From positions 20,835,280-20,899,279 of the forward strand of contig MU054187.1 in the NCBI GenBank assembly GCA_013239625.1: DNA of 64,000 bases, given 5' to 3'. The translations under genes and the position numbers were made by a program. The notes beneath the pieces are model-generated. The model was given only the letters and a program-made list of their open reading frames with translations. It was not told the DNA's origin and did not search any database. This document shows, one piece after another, positions 1 to 13,429 of this stretch (the stretch's first letter is position 1; every line of letters begins with the position of its first letter). Origin of the DNA: Lama guanicoe. Its lineage: Eukaryota.

Positions 1-39
1 AACAAAACTGTGAAGATAAAATGGTCATCACATTTTCAG

Positions 40-830
40 GAAGACTCAAGACCCCCTTTAGCCAGGACAGATCATTTGTGAGGGGGAAGGATGAAAGATA
101 AGGAGCCACTGAACGTTTTTATAAAGGGATGGCATCTAAAAATGTATGCAGGTTAGAGTAAAGAGTCAAGGAGACTTATCCTGAAGTTATTACAAAGGAC
201 GAATCGACACGGTTTGGTCATTAAAAGAATAACCAGTGAACAAAGTACACACAATAATCACCCACAGAGTATTGTTTGTTTTTTTCCTAAATGGGGGTAA
301 ATAGGTAGATAAGAGGTCTATTTTAGGAGGAACAGTAAGTTGATGGAATGGGACAGGTGAAGGAAGAACTGTTTCGAGTTCATGAGAGTTTGAGTTGAAG
401 GTGCTAGTGAGTTATTCGAAGACAGGTGTACAGTATGATTATATATATAAAAAAATTGGGTAAGAAGTTGGACTTTAAATACAGATCATGTTTATAGAAA
501 TGAATACTCAGCAGAGTGCATGAAAAGAGAGAGCTGGAGCTTTACTATAAAGACTTAACAAATTAAAGACACTGAGAAGGTGTAAGAGGAATGAGGAGGA
601 AATATTGTCAAGAATAGAAAGGAATACACAATTTTCAAGAGGAAGTCATCAACAGTGTCAATACATTCTAACATCTCATAGAAGGCAGGGGTAGAGACAG
701 AAAAAAAAGGCAGCTGACTTATGATGTGTTTAGAAAATCAGTAACAGCTATAAATATGATGAGGAAGGTGTAGCCAGGATGATGAGAGGATCAAATAAAC
801 TGAGTATGACGCTCATTAGATTTTAGGGAT
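40..830 (-). mobile_element. Degraded L2 LINE fragment
   Basis: Purine-rich diverged sequence (e.g. gagtttgagttgaaggtgctagtgag) resembling antisense L2; boundaries approximate. Confidence 0.55.
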
Positions 831-959
831 TGCAAAATGGTTAAGACTGTCAGTTATTCCCTATGGTGGCTGCCAACTGGTTACCATCGGAAAATAATTG
901 CTGGAGAGTGGAGCGTAGCTACTTTCATAAATTTCATGACTGCAGAGTACACATCGAAA

Positions 960-3330
960 TTTGTACTTTTAACTTATATCTATTTATTAAAGTAATATAT
1001 GAATTTGATTATGTGAAACCAAACACGTTTGTTTAAAATCAAATCTAACATTGTCTTGCCTTATCCCTCCACACATTCACCTCTTATAACTGTTTCTCCT
1101 GGTGATTACTCCCATATTTTTAAATAACATATTTCTGTTGCTTTTTTTTTTCTTTTCTCAACTTAGTAAATGAGTTTGGCTTCTTTGATTATGCTGAATT
1201 CAACCAAACCCGCTTTATCTTTTACCCCTAGTCTTAATTATATCACCAAACTTATCTAAATATCCCACTATCTAAATAATGTTACATATTATCTTTCTTT
1301 CTCCACAGAATATGAACAGTATTATTGACGCTAAACATTAAAATATCACGATATGGATATCATTAACCTCCCAAATGTCTTTCTTTTTTCTCTTTTTGCT
1401 ATCCAGCTTCGTCATGTGCACTTTTACTTTCTTATTGTCAAGATTAGTCCCATTAAATCAGTTAAACTTGGCTCCATGCTCTTTGACTTTATGTTGATTT
1501 TGAAATGTGAAATGAATACATTTTTATGTTATTGTTAGTATTAGAATATTGACTATTGTAATGTTGAGAATTCTGCTGTAACAATTCCATTACTAGAATG
1601 CTTTATATGTTTTTCTTGCAGTTACTAATTACTTGAAAGAAGAACTTTAATTGCTTTTCTCATGTGCTCTGTATTTTCCGACTCTACCATGACCTAAGCC
1701 TATGGGGATCATCCACCCAGAGCAATTTTTGTTTTTGCCCCAGTCTTGACATGTAAACCTGTCCACCAGTTTCATTCTGGACTTTCCTTGATTGTTTTAC
1801 TGGCTTAAAATTCACTTTTTGATTTTTGTTTATTCCCTCATTTTGCTGAAGTACCTCTTAAAATAACAGGCTAAATAAGATGCACGATAACTAAGCCTTG
1901 TGATTTCTTAAATGTCTAAAAAGATTTTCAGTTGGTCTTCACACTTGATTGATGATTTCCCTAGGCAGCCAAATTGTCGGTAGAAGAGTGAAACACTTGC
2001 AAGGCATTCTTCACTGTCCTCCAAGTCCACTGCTGCTGCTGAAATTGTGAAGTCAGTAGGTCTAATTCCCTTTCTTTGTAAGTTACCTGTGTTGTTTCTG
2101 ACTTGTTTTGCTTTTTCACTGTGGAATTTCGGGATCTTCTCTTTAGCCTTGGTTCTCCTAACTTTCCCAATATGGTTAACAGGTATTTTTGTCTAAATAG
2201 GTCTTTTTAATCTATAGTATTGTGTTCTTCATTCTGGAAAATTCCCTGAATTATTTCTTCAATAATTACTCCTTATGTTTCTATTCTTTTTCTCAAATAC
2301 CATTTAGCTGGATGTTTGACCTCCTGCTTTAATTATCTATAGTTGTAACTTTTAAATAATATATCCTGACTTCCTTTGTCTTACATATTTCCTGAATATT
2401 TCCTTTTCCTTATCTTTCAACTATTCCACTTGATTTGAATTTTACACTCACACTAAGTATTTAAAATAATTCTTTCTTGTGTTCTAATGATTCCTTTGTT
2501 ATTGCGTCTTGTTCTTGTTTTGTATTTTTCTTTTTGTGGAGATACAATTTCTTCCTGAATCTCCCTAATGCTACAAATTTAAATTTTAGATTTTCAAAAT
2601 TTTTCTTTTGATCCCAAAAGTAGCACTGCTACACCAAAGTCATCTTGTATGCTTGAGTACATTGGGTTCTTACACATTACAAATTTGGGTTTAAGATCTG
2701 GTACTCTTCAGTGTGAAGAATGAAACCACAAAGAGCTGAGTGTGGCTTTCAAGTCGTGGGCGTGGCTTTTCAATGATTACTTTCAAGAGTTTAGGGACCT
2801 CATGCTTTGGGACCCTAAATAGGAATTCTCTGAGGCTCTCACGCCCATACTAATTACCTTAGTCCTTCATCAGAGAATTCATTCAGTTTTTTCAGTGATG
2901 AGTTAGTGATGTTAATGTCTGGAATGGAGGGAGGTGATTAGTCAACAATTTCACCTATTGATTTGTAGTTCATCCACATCCCCTCATCTTTCCGTCCTCA
3001 TTCTGTATTAGCTTGTCCAACATCAACCCTCTTCTCCAATCCAAGATCCACAAAGCCTTTCTGCCATTGCCTTGGCTACAACCAGCTTCTTACTGATCTT
3101 AGCTTGCAGCTTTGACTTCACCAGGAACTATTCCTCAGCCCTCTTTTAGTGTATCTTAAGAATGTTGAACTTTTTTTCTTGGCCATCACCCCTCTTTCTT
3201 CAGTAATGTGAATTTAAACCCTTTTTATTCCATTAATATCATCTTAATGGCATCTTAGAAGAAAAAAAAGTTTAAAATGTGTGCTCTTTCTCTCTGATCC
3301 AGAAATGTACATTTTCAATTACTAATTTTT
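960..3330 (-). mobile_element. Old HAL1/L1M-type LINE (ORF1 region), antisense
   Basis: T-rich strand with antisense ORF1-like tracts (tcactgtcctccaagtccactgctgctgctgaaattgtgaagtcag, gaaaattccctgaattatttcttcaataatt); no intact ORF. Confidence 0.6.
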
Positions 3331-3959
3331 TTGAAGGGTAACCTTAAAACCAATGATGAATTAATTGACTTTATTGGACTTTATTATTCCTTATTGGTAT
3401 GGTGAAAGGATACTTCGGCAAAAATATATGACTCAACCTTGCAGACCAAAATTGATCTAGAGTGCCTAGAACATTGCATGCCCTTAATAAACATGTTTTA
3501 TTTGCTGGGGGAGTTAATACTTCTTTTAACCTTCTCCTGGAATAAGATCAAATTAGCAAAAATTTATTTCATTTTACTCATGTTTTAGGTATTATTTATC
3601 TTCCATAATATATCAAAAAACAGTATTTTCATACATGACTATAATCAATCTGTAGCATCTCTCCTTTCCGTGGTGACCACCAGAATCGATCAGGCGCATG
3701 TAGCTGATCTTTCTATGTGCAGCTCTCAAAACTGAGCGCTTGGTCAGAGCCTCCTTGTCTTTCTTCCTTTACTCTATTTTTCTCTTGGTTAGAAAGGGAT
3801 TTGGATACACACTGTAAAATAGTGCAAGGTTTAATGACGCTTCCTGATCTCTTCCACTGCAGTCCCTTGTCTGCCACTCCCCGAAGTACACCTGCAAGTT
3901 CTAAAACGCTAACGGGCAAGTAGTTCTCACACACAGGCCGTTACATGACTCCTTCTGTA

Positions 3960-4460
3960 AACAGCTTCCTCGCTCTGGATTTTCTTCCCTTGATGTTCCC
4001 CACTCCCGCCCACTTTTCTCTCCACTGCTTGAAAAATTCTATGTTCAAAACTCAAATTACGGTGCCATTCCCCACCCCAACCCCACCCGGGGCAGACATC
4101 CCATAAAACATCTCCAGTAGCCTTCTCTGATCTTTCTCCACCTCCCACACTTCCTGTGCATGTCTATCCAAGGTTCCTACCACATGGTGGGGAACACCTG
4201 TTTGTGGGTAGCCCAGCCTCTCCTTTTAGACTAGAAGACAAGGGCTCTCGTAGTGAATACATATTAAAATCAACTGGAGATCTTTTAAAAATTAAGCCAA
4301 TCACCATCTCCTGGGATGGCGCCCACAAGACTTGAAGGCTCCCCAAGCAATTTAGTGTACACTAGGTGGAAAACTGCTACCATCAGACCCAGGAATAGAA
4401 ACATGTCTTCCATGTTTTTGAAACTTCATTCCTCCATACAGTGCCTAACACAGAGTGATC
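3960..4460 (+). mobile_element. L2 3' end interrupted by a MER5-like hAT MITE (about 4250-4380)
   Basis: L2 3'-end motifs (tagactagaag...cagtgcctaacacagagt) surround a MER5-like segment (aaatcaactggagatcttttaaaa...ctccccaagcaatt). Confidence 0.5.
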
Positions 4461-5379
4461 ATAATATCAAAATAATACAGTATCAACACGTCAAATTCCA
4501 TCCATCAAAATTAAATGACTTCAAAGTATACTTTAAACTTCTAATGTTTCAAATGCTGAAAATAAACAGCTGTATTTTATCAAGTAATTCAGATTTATAT
4601 TTGGAAAATATTTCTAAAGATAATTTAATAATGATCCCCACAAATTAATCCATGAAGAAAACATTACATGTAAATAAGTACACTTATCTTCATATGTGTA
4701 TGTTATCCTATGGGTAACGAGCTATACACAGGCACACACACACACTTGCACGCACACGGATAGAGCTAGACGGGATATTACATTCTGGTATTTTGGGCTC
4801 TCAGTAGTCAGGGCACTGAATCATTTTCAGAAATTAAATAAGACTACTCTGAAACATGATTTAAAAGAGGCTGAAAGAAACCAAGTAGATATCAGAGCAT
4901 GCTGTCATAATAGGATTAGTTCTATTTTCCCATTACATTGTTAAAATAAAAACAGAAGGACAGAAAAGAGACTGAAGGAAATAAATACCAAACAAAGGTT
5001 AGCTCTCATCCTGAATTTAAAGCTAGAGATTAGCACTGCAGGTGGATAAAGATTTTGCTAAAGAAACCATTAGCAGAAAGCTTTGGATTCTATTGCCTGA
5101 CACTGGTGTTGAAAGGAAAAATACATATGGATAAACTGATGGATTGATAGCTTTCTTTCATACAGAAAGCAGACCTCCAGAAATAGATTCTAATTCAAAG
5201 AAACAGGAGAGTATTTTGTTTTGTTTTGTTTTGTTTTGGTTGTTGCTGTAAGCAGCCATTTCAAAACCATCTAGATACTAAGGATTGTTATAAAATATTT
5301 TAGGTTATAAAGAAAGCATTCAGCACCCTTATCTGAGAGAATCCCGCATATAGAATTCCTCATAAAAGTTAATTTATAA

Positions 5380-5826
5380 CATATTCTGGCTAAGTGAAGT
5401 AAGGCAGACAGAGAAAGAAAAATACCATATGATATCACTTATATGTGGAATCTAAAAAAAAGACAAATGAACTTATTTTCAAAACAGAAGCAGACTCACA
5501 AACATAGAGAACAAACTTATGGTTACGGGGGGGTGGGGGTAGGAACGGATAAACTGGGAGTTCAGGATTTCCAGATACTAACTACTATATATAAAATAGA
5601 TAAGCAACAAGTTTATACTGTATAGCACAGGAAACTATATTCAATATTTGTAGTAACCTATGATGAAAAAGAATATGAAAATGAATATATGTATTCATAA
5701 TGAATATATGAATATGTGTATGTATGACTGAACTATTATACTGTACATGAGAAATTGACACAACATTGTAAACTGACTATACTTCTCTCTTTATATATAT
5801 ATTTATAAGAGGAAAAAAGAATGCAA
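5380..5826 (+). mobile_element. 5'-truncated young L1 (3' UTR) with TSD
   Basis: ctaagtgaagtaaggcagacagagaaagaaaaataccatatgatatcac...gtaaactgactatacttc plus A-rich tail; flanked by AAAAGTTAATTTA(T/C)AA at 5364-5379 and 5827-5842. Confidence 0.92.
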
Positions 5827-6283
5827 AAAAGTTAATTTACAATGTATTAAGGCACAGATTCTATTTTAGAAAAAAATGAAAATTGAATACTTGGTAAATG
5901 CAGTGTGAATTACTGGAGAACATAATGCAAATAATTTGATAGCCATGTCAGCAGTGTGCGACGTAACCTAAGGGTCGTGCATATGAATTCTCCTTTTAAA
6001 AAGGCAGCTGTGTGTGTTCTTGCCTCTGTCTTCATAATAACATCTTGTTATGTGGCACTTTAGCCAAAGAAAAAAAAATTTCTACCCCATTAAAAATAAT
6101 TCTCACAGCGTGTCCTTTTTACATCAGGAAAGAGAGAGTAATTTTGACCTGGTTAATCAATAGGATTTGTTTTTACAACTGTAGTACAATTTTCAAGGAA
6201 CAAGAAAGCATTTGGAAGTGTTTGGTAGCATCAGGCATGCACCTTCCATTATTCAGCAGTGCAGAGATATTTGGGCATAAGAC

Positions 6284-6796
6284 ATGTCAAAGAAAAATTG
6301 CACTGCAGAGAATTAAACAGACAAGGAATACTTCATTCAAGATTACTGAGATAGGAGGGAGAAACTGAACTCAACTGTACTGAAACGAAAGGCAGGAGGA
6401 CTTTGAAGCATTGGGGTGAGCTACTAGAAAGGTACTGGGGAAGGTTAGGTGGGAGGTTGGTCAATGTGACTAGGCCAACTGTGTTTGCTAAATGTCACCA
6501 TCAGAATCAGGGTCCTATCTTTCATCCTTCCACAGAGACCGGGAGATAGGGGCGCTGTCTCCTTCAACGGTTACGTTTCAGTAGGATGGCTCCCAGGTCC
6601 CTGCGAAAGAAAATTCCTAGGATATAAAACTGGCAAAGAATGTTCCCAAGAACAGGCACACTTCAAAGGGGCAGAGGATTTATAACTGAAATTTTTCTAA
6701 AATCAATGTTCTAAGAAAAGGGAGGTCAGGGGTTTATAGTCAGGAAGAAGCCTGTCTAGAGTTTCATCAAGTTAAGGCAACATTTTATAGTCTTAG
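6284..6796 (-). mobile_element. ERV1-type solo LTR, antisense
   Basis: Begins tgtcaaagaaaaattgcactg; continues ttcattcaag, actgaactcaact and tggggtgagcta as in eutherian ERV1 LTRs; family not assigned. Confidence 0.7.
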
Positions 6797-8004
6797 AAAA
6801 CGAGCAAAAAGATTAGCTCCCAAGGTGTTAAGGGATCTGTCACTGCTACGTGCTAAGAATGGGCATTTCCACACACATCCACTGAGTGCAGGGAACTGGC
6901 TGGGTTCAGATCACACCTTTGCCACTGACTGGCTGTTTGGTCTCAAGCAGTAGTTTGATCATGTTCAAATGGAAGGAAAACATATTACGGCAAAATAATG
7001 GCAGCATCTCTTTCCACATAAGAAGCTTACTTTGCTAAAGGAAGCATCTTCATAGGATCAACCCCGGGGTAAAGAGCAGCGGAGAAGAATCAAGCACAAC
7101 TTGTCTGCATAATAAAGGAAGAGGTTATCTGATGTTTCCTTCACAGGATAGCGGACGGGAGGAAAGTCTTGAAAAGGAGGAAGAGAAGTAAAAGTCAGAG
7201 GAAGATGGAGAAAAGGACCAGAACCCCGCCGGGAGCAGGGAAACTGAAGAGAACAGCGGTCGGGGAGCCTTGCTGGGGCAGGAAGGACAGAAGGACTTTG
7301 AAGAACAGGCATGTCAGTCAGTCAACTCCCAACTGTTTGTAGTTGGGAAGAAACCCCTCTCCAGCCTCCCCGGTACCTTCAGTAAACCCTGCCCCTCACA
7401 GCCACCCTGTGAGGATGCGGAGTAGAGAACAATCAGTGAGACAGAGGTCCAAGAATAGTCATATTATGCGAGAGAACATTCCACAGGAAGCAGGAATTTG
7501 GAAGCACATGTGGTCTGTCACCAGCAGAATCTTACTTCCACCCTGTTCAGGAACCGGGGCATGAGAGCTCTAATTTAAGTCAAGGCGGTGAACCTGAGTA
7601 TTCACTGAAAAGCAACACTGAGAAGACAGCGGGCAGTCGGCACTTGGGTCATCTATGGGCGCAGATTCAATAACAGGAATCTACGGGGCAGGATTAACAT
7701 AAAGATCTAATTAGGTGATGCAGGTGCCTAGTGTCCAGTAATAATCACCTACTGTTGGTATTATTTGCTATTATAAATGTGTAATTAGGGAAAAAGAGCC
7801 AGATCCATTAATGAGATAGTTACTGAAGATAGTAAGTGCACATTCTTTAAGTAAAACCAGAAAAAGAGTTTTTCTTTTTTTGGTACATTTTTAGAAAATC
7901 TTGCAATAAGATCTGAAGTCCAATAGTACACATTAAGCAATATGCTGAAATTTTGGTTGCTAAATGCAGAATGCAGTTTCTACCGTGGCACTTTATTTTT
8001 TGTT

Positions 8005-8132
8005 TTTAGTGTAAATGTAACTTTTATATGCATGGGGAAATCAAAAAAATCCTGTGACTTTCTTTATTTTGCTATTTGCTTTCTGAAGGAGGTCTGGAGT
8101 GGAACCCGAAATATCTCCCAGGTGTGTCTGTA
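8005..8132 (+). mobile_element. Tigger1 (Tc1/mariner) 3' end
   Basis: aacttttatatgcatggggaaatcaaaaaaatcctgtgact...aatatctcccaggtgtgtctgTA resembles the Tigger1 terminus, ending in TA. Confidence 0.85.
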
Positions 8133-10099
8133 AATTTATCCAAAAGCAAACTACAGAGGGCAGTGACCAGATAAATGACACTCATTAAACACAGCCAAGG
8201 AGTTCATCTGAGCAACAAGAGTGTCAGACTTTGAATCCTACATCCTTTCAAACTTCTCTTTTGCATTTAAATGCTGAAGGGGTGACGTTGCACGCAATCT
8301 GAAATGTGCAGACTGTCACTTTTGAGTGTCAAAAGTAGATTCTGCAATTCTCAGTCTCTGAGCAGTTATCACGTATGTAAGTATATGTTTCAGTCATCAC
8401 CAAAATGAAGGCTTTAAGTATGTCATACCATAGTTCCTGCAGTAAATGGAGCTCAGATCCATTCTCTAGTCCTTGTTTTTGAATATTTTTGACTGTAGAT
8501 TTTGAAGATTTTTTAGCAGCTCCCAAAGTCAGGGGTATAGTTTATTGATTCCTTCATAATGTGCACTCTCGTTACATATATGTGTCATTTCATGTTCCTT
8601 TATTCATTAATCCAACAATTGTTGAGAATTAATTATATTTAATGGGCAGAAATAATACCTATCCTCAAGAAATTTGTAATCTTGTGAGAAAGCCTATCAA
8701 ACAAATGTTATTAAAATTATTGTATACTGTCTTTTTGGTAAATATATATGTGTTTGGCTCTTTGTTTTAGAGGAAAACCTCTAGATTTTCTCCCTCAATC
8801 ATCTACTGTTATTGCTAATGTCTTCTTGAGAAAGTCAGTTTGAGTCTCTTCCTGGATCTTAAGAAAAACCTCTCATTTAGAGGAAGAGTTTTGTGAACAA
8901 TTTGGACATATTGTAGGCCACACAAAGTACACGCAAAAGTGCAAAACCGGTCATCTCATCACACAAAATTTACTGTTGAGATAATTTAAAAGGCAACCAT
9001 TTCAGAAAAGACGAGATGCCACCTCCACAAAGGTTTCTGTTACTCAGGAAGTAAGTATGCACTTGCTAGCTTCGTCTGATAGATTGTACAGTCTTTCCAT
9101 ACTATTAAGTTCTGTACTGCTGATCTCTACTAATTCTCATTTAATGATATTCATCCAACAAAGTGAACACAAGGGGGTCTATATTTTAATTAAACGTTCA
9201 CTGAAGTCAAGGCCGATACTTCCTGCAGTATGTGCGTGATGTTTGTCCTTATCTCAAGGCTCTGCATATGAAAGGTCTTAAAGATGAATTTCTGTGATTG
9301 AAAATACATACAAGTGATCAGTTAGAAAGTTAACGGTTTGCATAACGGCTACAGGGATATTTCCTCCACAAGGAAAAAAAATAAAGTGTTATTTTTCTAA
9401 CCTTGTGTAAATGTCTACATTTGTTAAAGATGTCATTAAATAATTTTCCCTCTTCTTCAAGGCCTCCAGCTGTTCATCAGCCTTTGAGAGAAGAGTGCGC
9501 TCAAAGCTTAACAGCAATCAAGTTAAAAGAGAATGTGCTAAAGAAAGTGAATGTAGGCGCACATGAAAGTCAGACCGGGTGGAGGCAAAGATGAAACAGC
9601 CATCTCTTTGTGGAAAGAAGCAGGCAAAATAATTCAAGGGAAGACAAGTATGGAAGAAGAACCGCAGGTTTAAGATTAAAACTGAAATGCATCGTGCATA
9701 TAAATGGGTGGATCAGAAAATGGGATGGCAGGATTCCCGAACGCTTGATCTTCAGAAACAGAAAAAAAAGAAAATTAAAACATTAAAAGGAAAGAAAAGA
9801 CAGTTTGCTTTAGATCATATACTCATTTAAATCGTCTGCTGGCTGTTTTTTCCAGGCTCAGGTTTTCTGGGGACACTGTCTATTAAAGAGTTTCATAAAG
9901 TCTCACTCAGTTCATCGTCGAAGATTCCCAAAGCTTTTCAGAGAAGTTGAAAGGCAGTTGCATCAAGTTTTTACAAGTATATATTCAGACCCATGTACAT
10001 GTGTGTGCTGTGGTGTGGGTATATTAAGTTTTGTTAAGTTTCAAATTGCCCTGAAGATATTCATTTTTAAAGTATTGATTTTGCTTAATTTTTAAAATA

Positions 10100-10250
10100 G
10101 CTCCGTAAGGCAAGTGCTTGCCTTCCTATTCCAAAAACAAAAAGTCTCAAGAAGAAAGTTATTAGGTGAACCGGCCACAGTCAAACAGCCAAGAGTTGAG
10201 AGGGCTGTTATTTGAATGCAGATAATCTAATTTCAGAACCCCCTTCTCTT
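10100..10250 (-). mobile_element. MIR SINE
   Basis: Antisense MIR-like core (cacagtcaaacagccaag...atttgaatgcagataatctaatttcagaaccc). Confidence 0.55.
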
Positions 10251-11599
10251 AATTTCTAGCCTAAACAGACTCCAAAAAGAAGAACAATTGTCTCAGCAGT
10301 TTATTTTCAGCATGTACATGACTTTAAAATTTTATTGGCTGTTAAAACATCAATATTCAAAATATTAAAATTTTAAGAATTTTCTCTCTTGCAAGATTCC
10401 TATAAAATTTGCGTTGTACTTCTCCATTTTTCTTAAAAGAAGCATGTCATTTCAATAGCATTTTAGTCTTTATCAAAATATAATTAATGTTGCAAATAAT
10501 ACATCAATACTCCATGTATTTTATAACATCGCAGAAAAAGAATATGAGACTTTAAATTATCTGCAAAGTCCAAGTCACAGAGAAGTCAATGTTAGTACCT
10601 GATTAGACTTATGATCTCTTGAGATTTAAAACTGAACTTATTATTCTCTAGATTATGAAGTAATACAATTTTGATAATAATGGAACAGATATTTTTTTCA
10701 TTATTGGAGCCCTTCTATAAAGCAAAAGCTGGGAATGAATTCTAATGAGATCAAAAATTTATCTATAGAAAAAATAAATTACTTATGAAAAAATATTGTA
10801 CACACACATGCAATTTGACAGCAATGCTTGCATCTTGTTTAAATTAAATATTTTTTACTCAAAAACATTGTTTTCTGTGGTGTTCATTATTCACTCTAAA
10901 GGGTGCATTCACTTTCATAATATAGATCATTTGCACCTGAAATGGTTTTATTTAGGATGTACTTTTCCAGAGAAAAATACCCACATTTTGGAGACCCTTT
11001 AAAATTGATACTATGGCTGAAGAGCTGAAAATATAAGTTTAGACCTTAGTGTGGAAAATAAAGGCTATTCTGGAAGATGGTACACAAACATACAGTTGGT
11101 CAAATGTGGTTCATTATATCTGATATCAAATACAGTATTTTAAAATAGTTTAAAAAGGTAGACTCCATTTCCCATGATTACTCAAATAATTACTTAGACA
11201 GTAAACAAAAATATTAAAAAGAAAATAGATAAGTTTTATACACAAACATGAGGAAGAAGGGGTCACAAAATTCGGCAACTGGAGAACAGTACTTCCCTTC
11301 ATAAGGGTGGTTTCGATGAAGCATTGGGAGAGGAGAATGTATTGCAATGTATTAAGATCTAAACGAAAGCTGAGAAAATTGAGACCAAGAAAATGGTCTC
11401 TCCATCTAAAAGTTTTTTGTAAAGAGTGAAACAGGACAAAACTAGAGGAAGGTTCATCAATTTTGATTTTTTTTCTTTGTCTTTTATGTATAACAGACTG
11501 AGGTAAAAAATGATTAGAAGATGTCACTGGTGAAAAGAGCATGAAGACAAAAAAGAGAAACTGGATCAGCCTGGAAGGAGGAAGGATGACCACAGAGGA

Positions 11600-12535
11600 G
11601 AACTGCAGCATGTGAAATTCTGTGGACTCTGAACCCAGTGAAAAAAATCGTAATTATTTTTACAAAAACAACCACTTAAAAATGCTGGAAAGTATCCTAA
11701 GAGTATACGGCAAATGGAGGAATATGGGCCCCCCAAAAAGTCTATTAAATCATGATTAGAAACAGTGAGAGACTGTGGCATTTGAGGCAGGACCTGCCCC
11801 TCCCCCTTTCCCAGATAAAGGTGATAGAAGACCTGCTCCATGTGGTGTGGCCAAGAACTCGGGCTTCCCTTGCCACCAACTCCAGGTGACAGCTGCGGTT
11901 TCTCTCTGGGGATGGCAGGGCACCAAGATTTCGCATGCCCACCAAGCCAGTGTGGCAGAAGACCTACTCTGCGCAAACACATCCGAGAGGTCCATGGTGT
12001 CCCTCTTCTATCCAACCCCCATATGTAGGGTGGAAGCTCTACTTTACAGGCATCAAAATGCTGGACCCCGATTGCCCTTGTCCCTTAGCAGTTATACCAG
12101 GTAAAGGTGCAGTCAAGGAGATCACAGTTAAAGGCTAAAATCATCACTCATGGGGGAAGAGGATGCTACGGTGACTTCACGCACACCCAAGATTATACCT
12201 CGTAAAGAGTCAGAGAGGTTGCACATAGTGTAGAAATACACCCAAATCACTAAACATACAGACAAAAACACAAGACATGGGGGAAGACATACTACCTGAA
12301 ATACCTACTTTTCATCAGAGAAAAAAATATATATATATGAGACATACAAAGGCACTGTGACCCATACATAGGAAACAAAGCAGGCAATAGAAATTGCTTT
12401 GAGGGGGCCCTTATGTCAGACTTAACAGACAGAGGACTTCAACGCAGCTATTATATTTAAAGAATTACAGAAAAGCATTCTTGTAAGTAAAGGAAGGTAT
12501 GATGACAACGCCACATCAAATTGATAATAGAAACT
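11600..12535 (+). mobile_element. Old L1M 5' UTR/ORF1-start fragment
   Basis: L1M 5'-region pattern followed by ORF1-start-like aacaaagcaggcaatagaaattgct...gacttaacagacagaggacttcaacgcagctatt; overlapping ORFs here are spurious. Confidence 0.65.
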
Positions 12536-12844
12536 GCCCAAATATACCCGTGTTATTTATTAGATTTCACTGGATAAGGAAGCACTAGTACAAGCGCAAA
12601 GGAAGAATTCCATTTCAAAAAAGAAAATTAAAAGTCAATATATATTGGCCTTCTTTTCTTGTTCAGCATACCTCCTGAGAACAAGAAATGGTGGTTTAGT
12701 TCCTTTGAATATAGTCTACAATCATTGCAAGGCAAACTCAATTTCGTATTATCCTTCTTCAAGGAGAAAGTAAGTCATTTTCTGTCTTTATATTAGGTGA
12801 AGATGAGAAAGAACGATTTAGGATAGAGCAGTTACTATACTTAA

Positions 12845-12913
12845 GCAGCAGGGGGCGCGTTTAAGTCTGGTGAGTCTACCCGATGCCACTTTTCCTGCCA
12901 CAGGGTGTCGCTG
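12845..12913 (+). promoter_or_regulatory. Two same-orientation CTCF-like motifs
   Basis: GCAGCAGGGGGCGC (12845-12858) and CCACAGGGTGTCGCTG (12898-12913) resemble the CTCF core CCASYAGRKGGCRS; locally CpG-retaining unique sequence. Confidence 0.6.
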
Positions 12914-13429
12914 TTGAAGCGCAGTACCATGGTTAACGTCTCAAGGTAACAGCTATCTGTGAAGCATTTTTAGGTCCCATAATGAAACTTCTTAAGATGA
13001 AAACGCATATTAAACTGTCAGGTCTGGTTAGAATAACCACCATTCAGTGGTGGGGCACCTCTGTCCTTGTTTCCTCCTCAGGAATCCATCAAATAGAAAA
13101 TAAGTAGTTTTTTCTTTTCAGAACACAGTAGGACCAATGATAAATCCTCAATTTCAGGAAATGGGCAACTAGCCTTATACCAAGTCTCAAAGTGAAAATA
13201 CAGAGATTCTAAAATTATTTTAGTCACTGGAGAACAAAAAAGTAATAGAAAAATAAAGCATGAAGAATCTCTTTGTGAGGTATCCGGCAATGCTTATTTC
13301 CTTCTATACAAGATACTGTGGTCCTTACATTTTGTTTGAGGGAAAACTTAGCAGCGAATTAGAATTTGATATTTTCATATTATATGCAATGATTTTTGCA
13401 CAGTGAACATTAGAAAATTTTCTGTAAAG

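Noticed and set aside
6541..6557. CTCF-like GATAGGGGCGCTG
   Set aside because: One G short of the core spacing, lacks the 5' CC, and lies inside an LTR
9006..9050. 45-nt phase-0 micro-exon (KRRDATSTKVSVTQE) ending GAA|gtaagt
   Set aside because: Weak acceptor, and no convincing in-frame partner exons or homology
11150..12138. Overlapping 110-153 aa ORFs
   Set aside because: They lie in or next to an old L1 5' region and have no recognisable protein features
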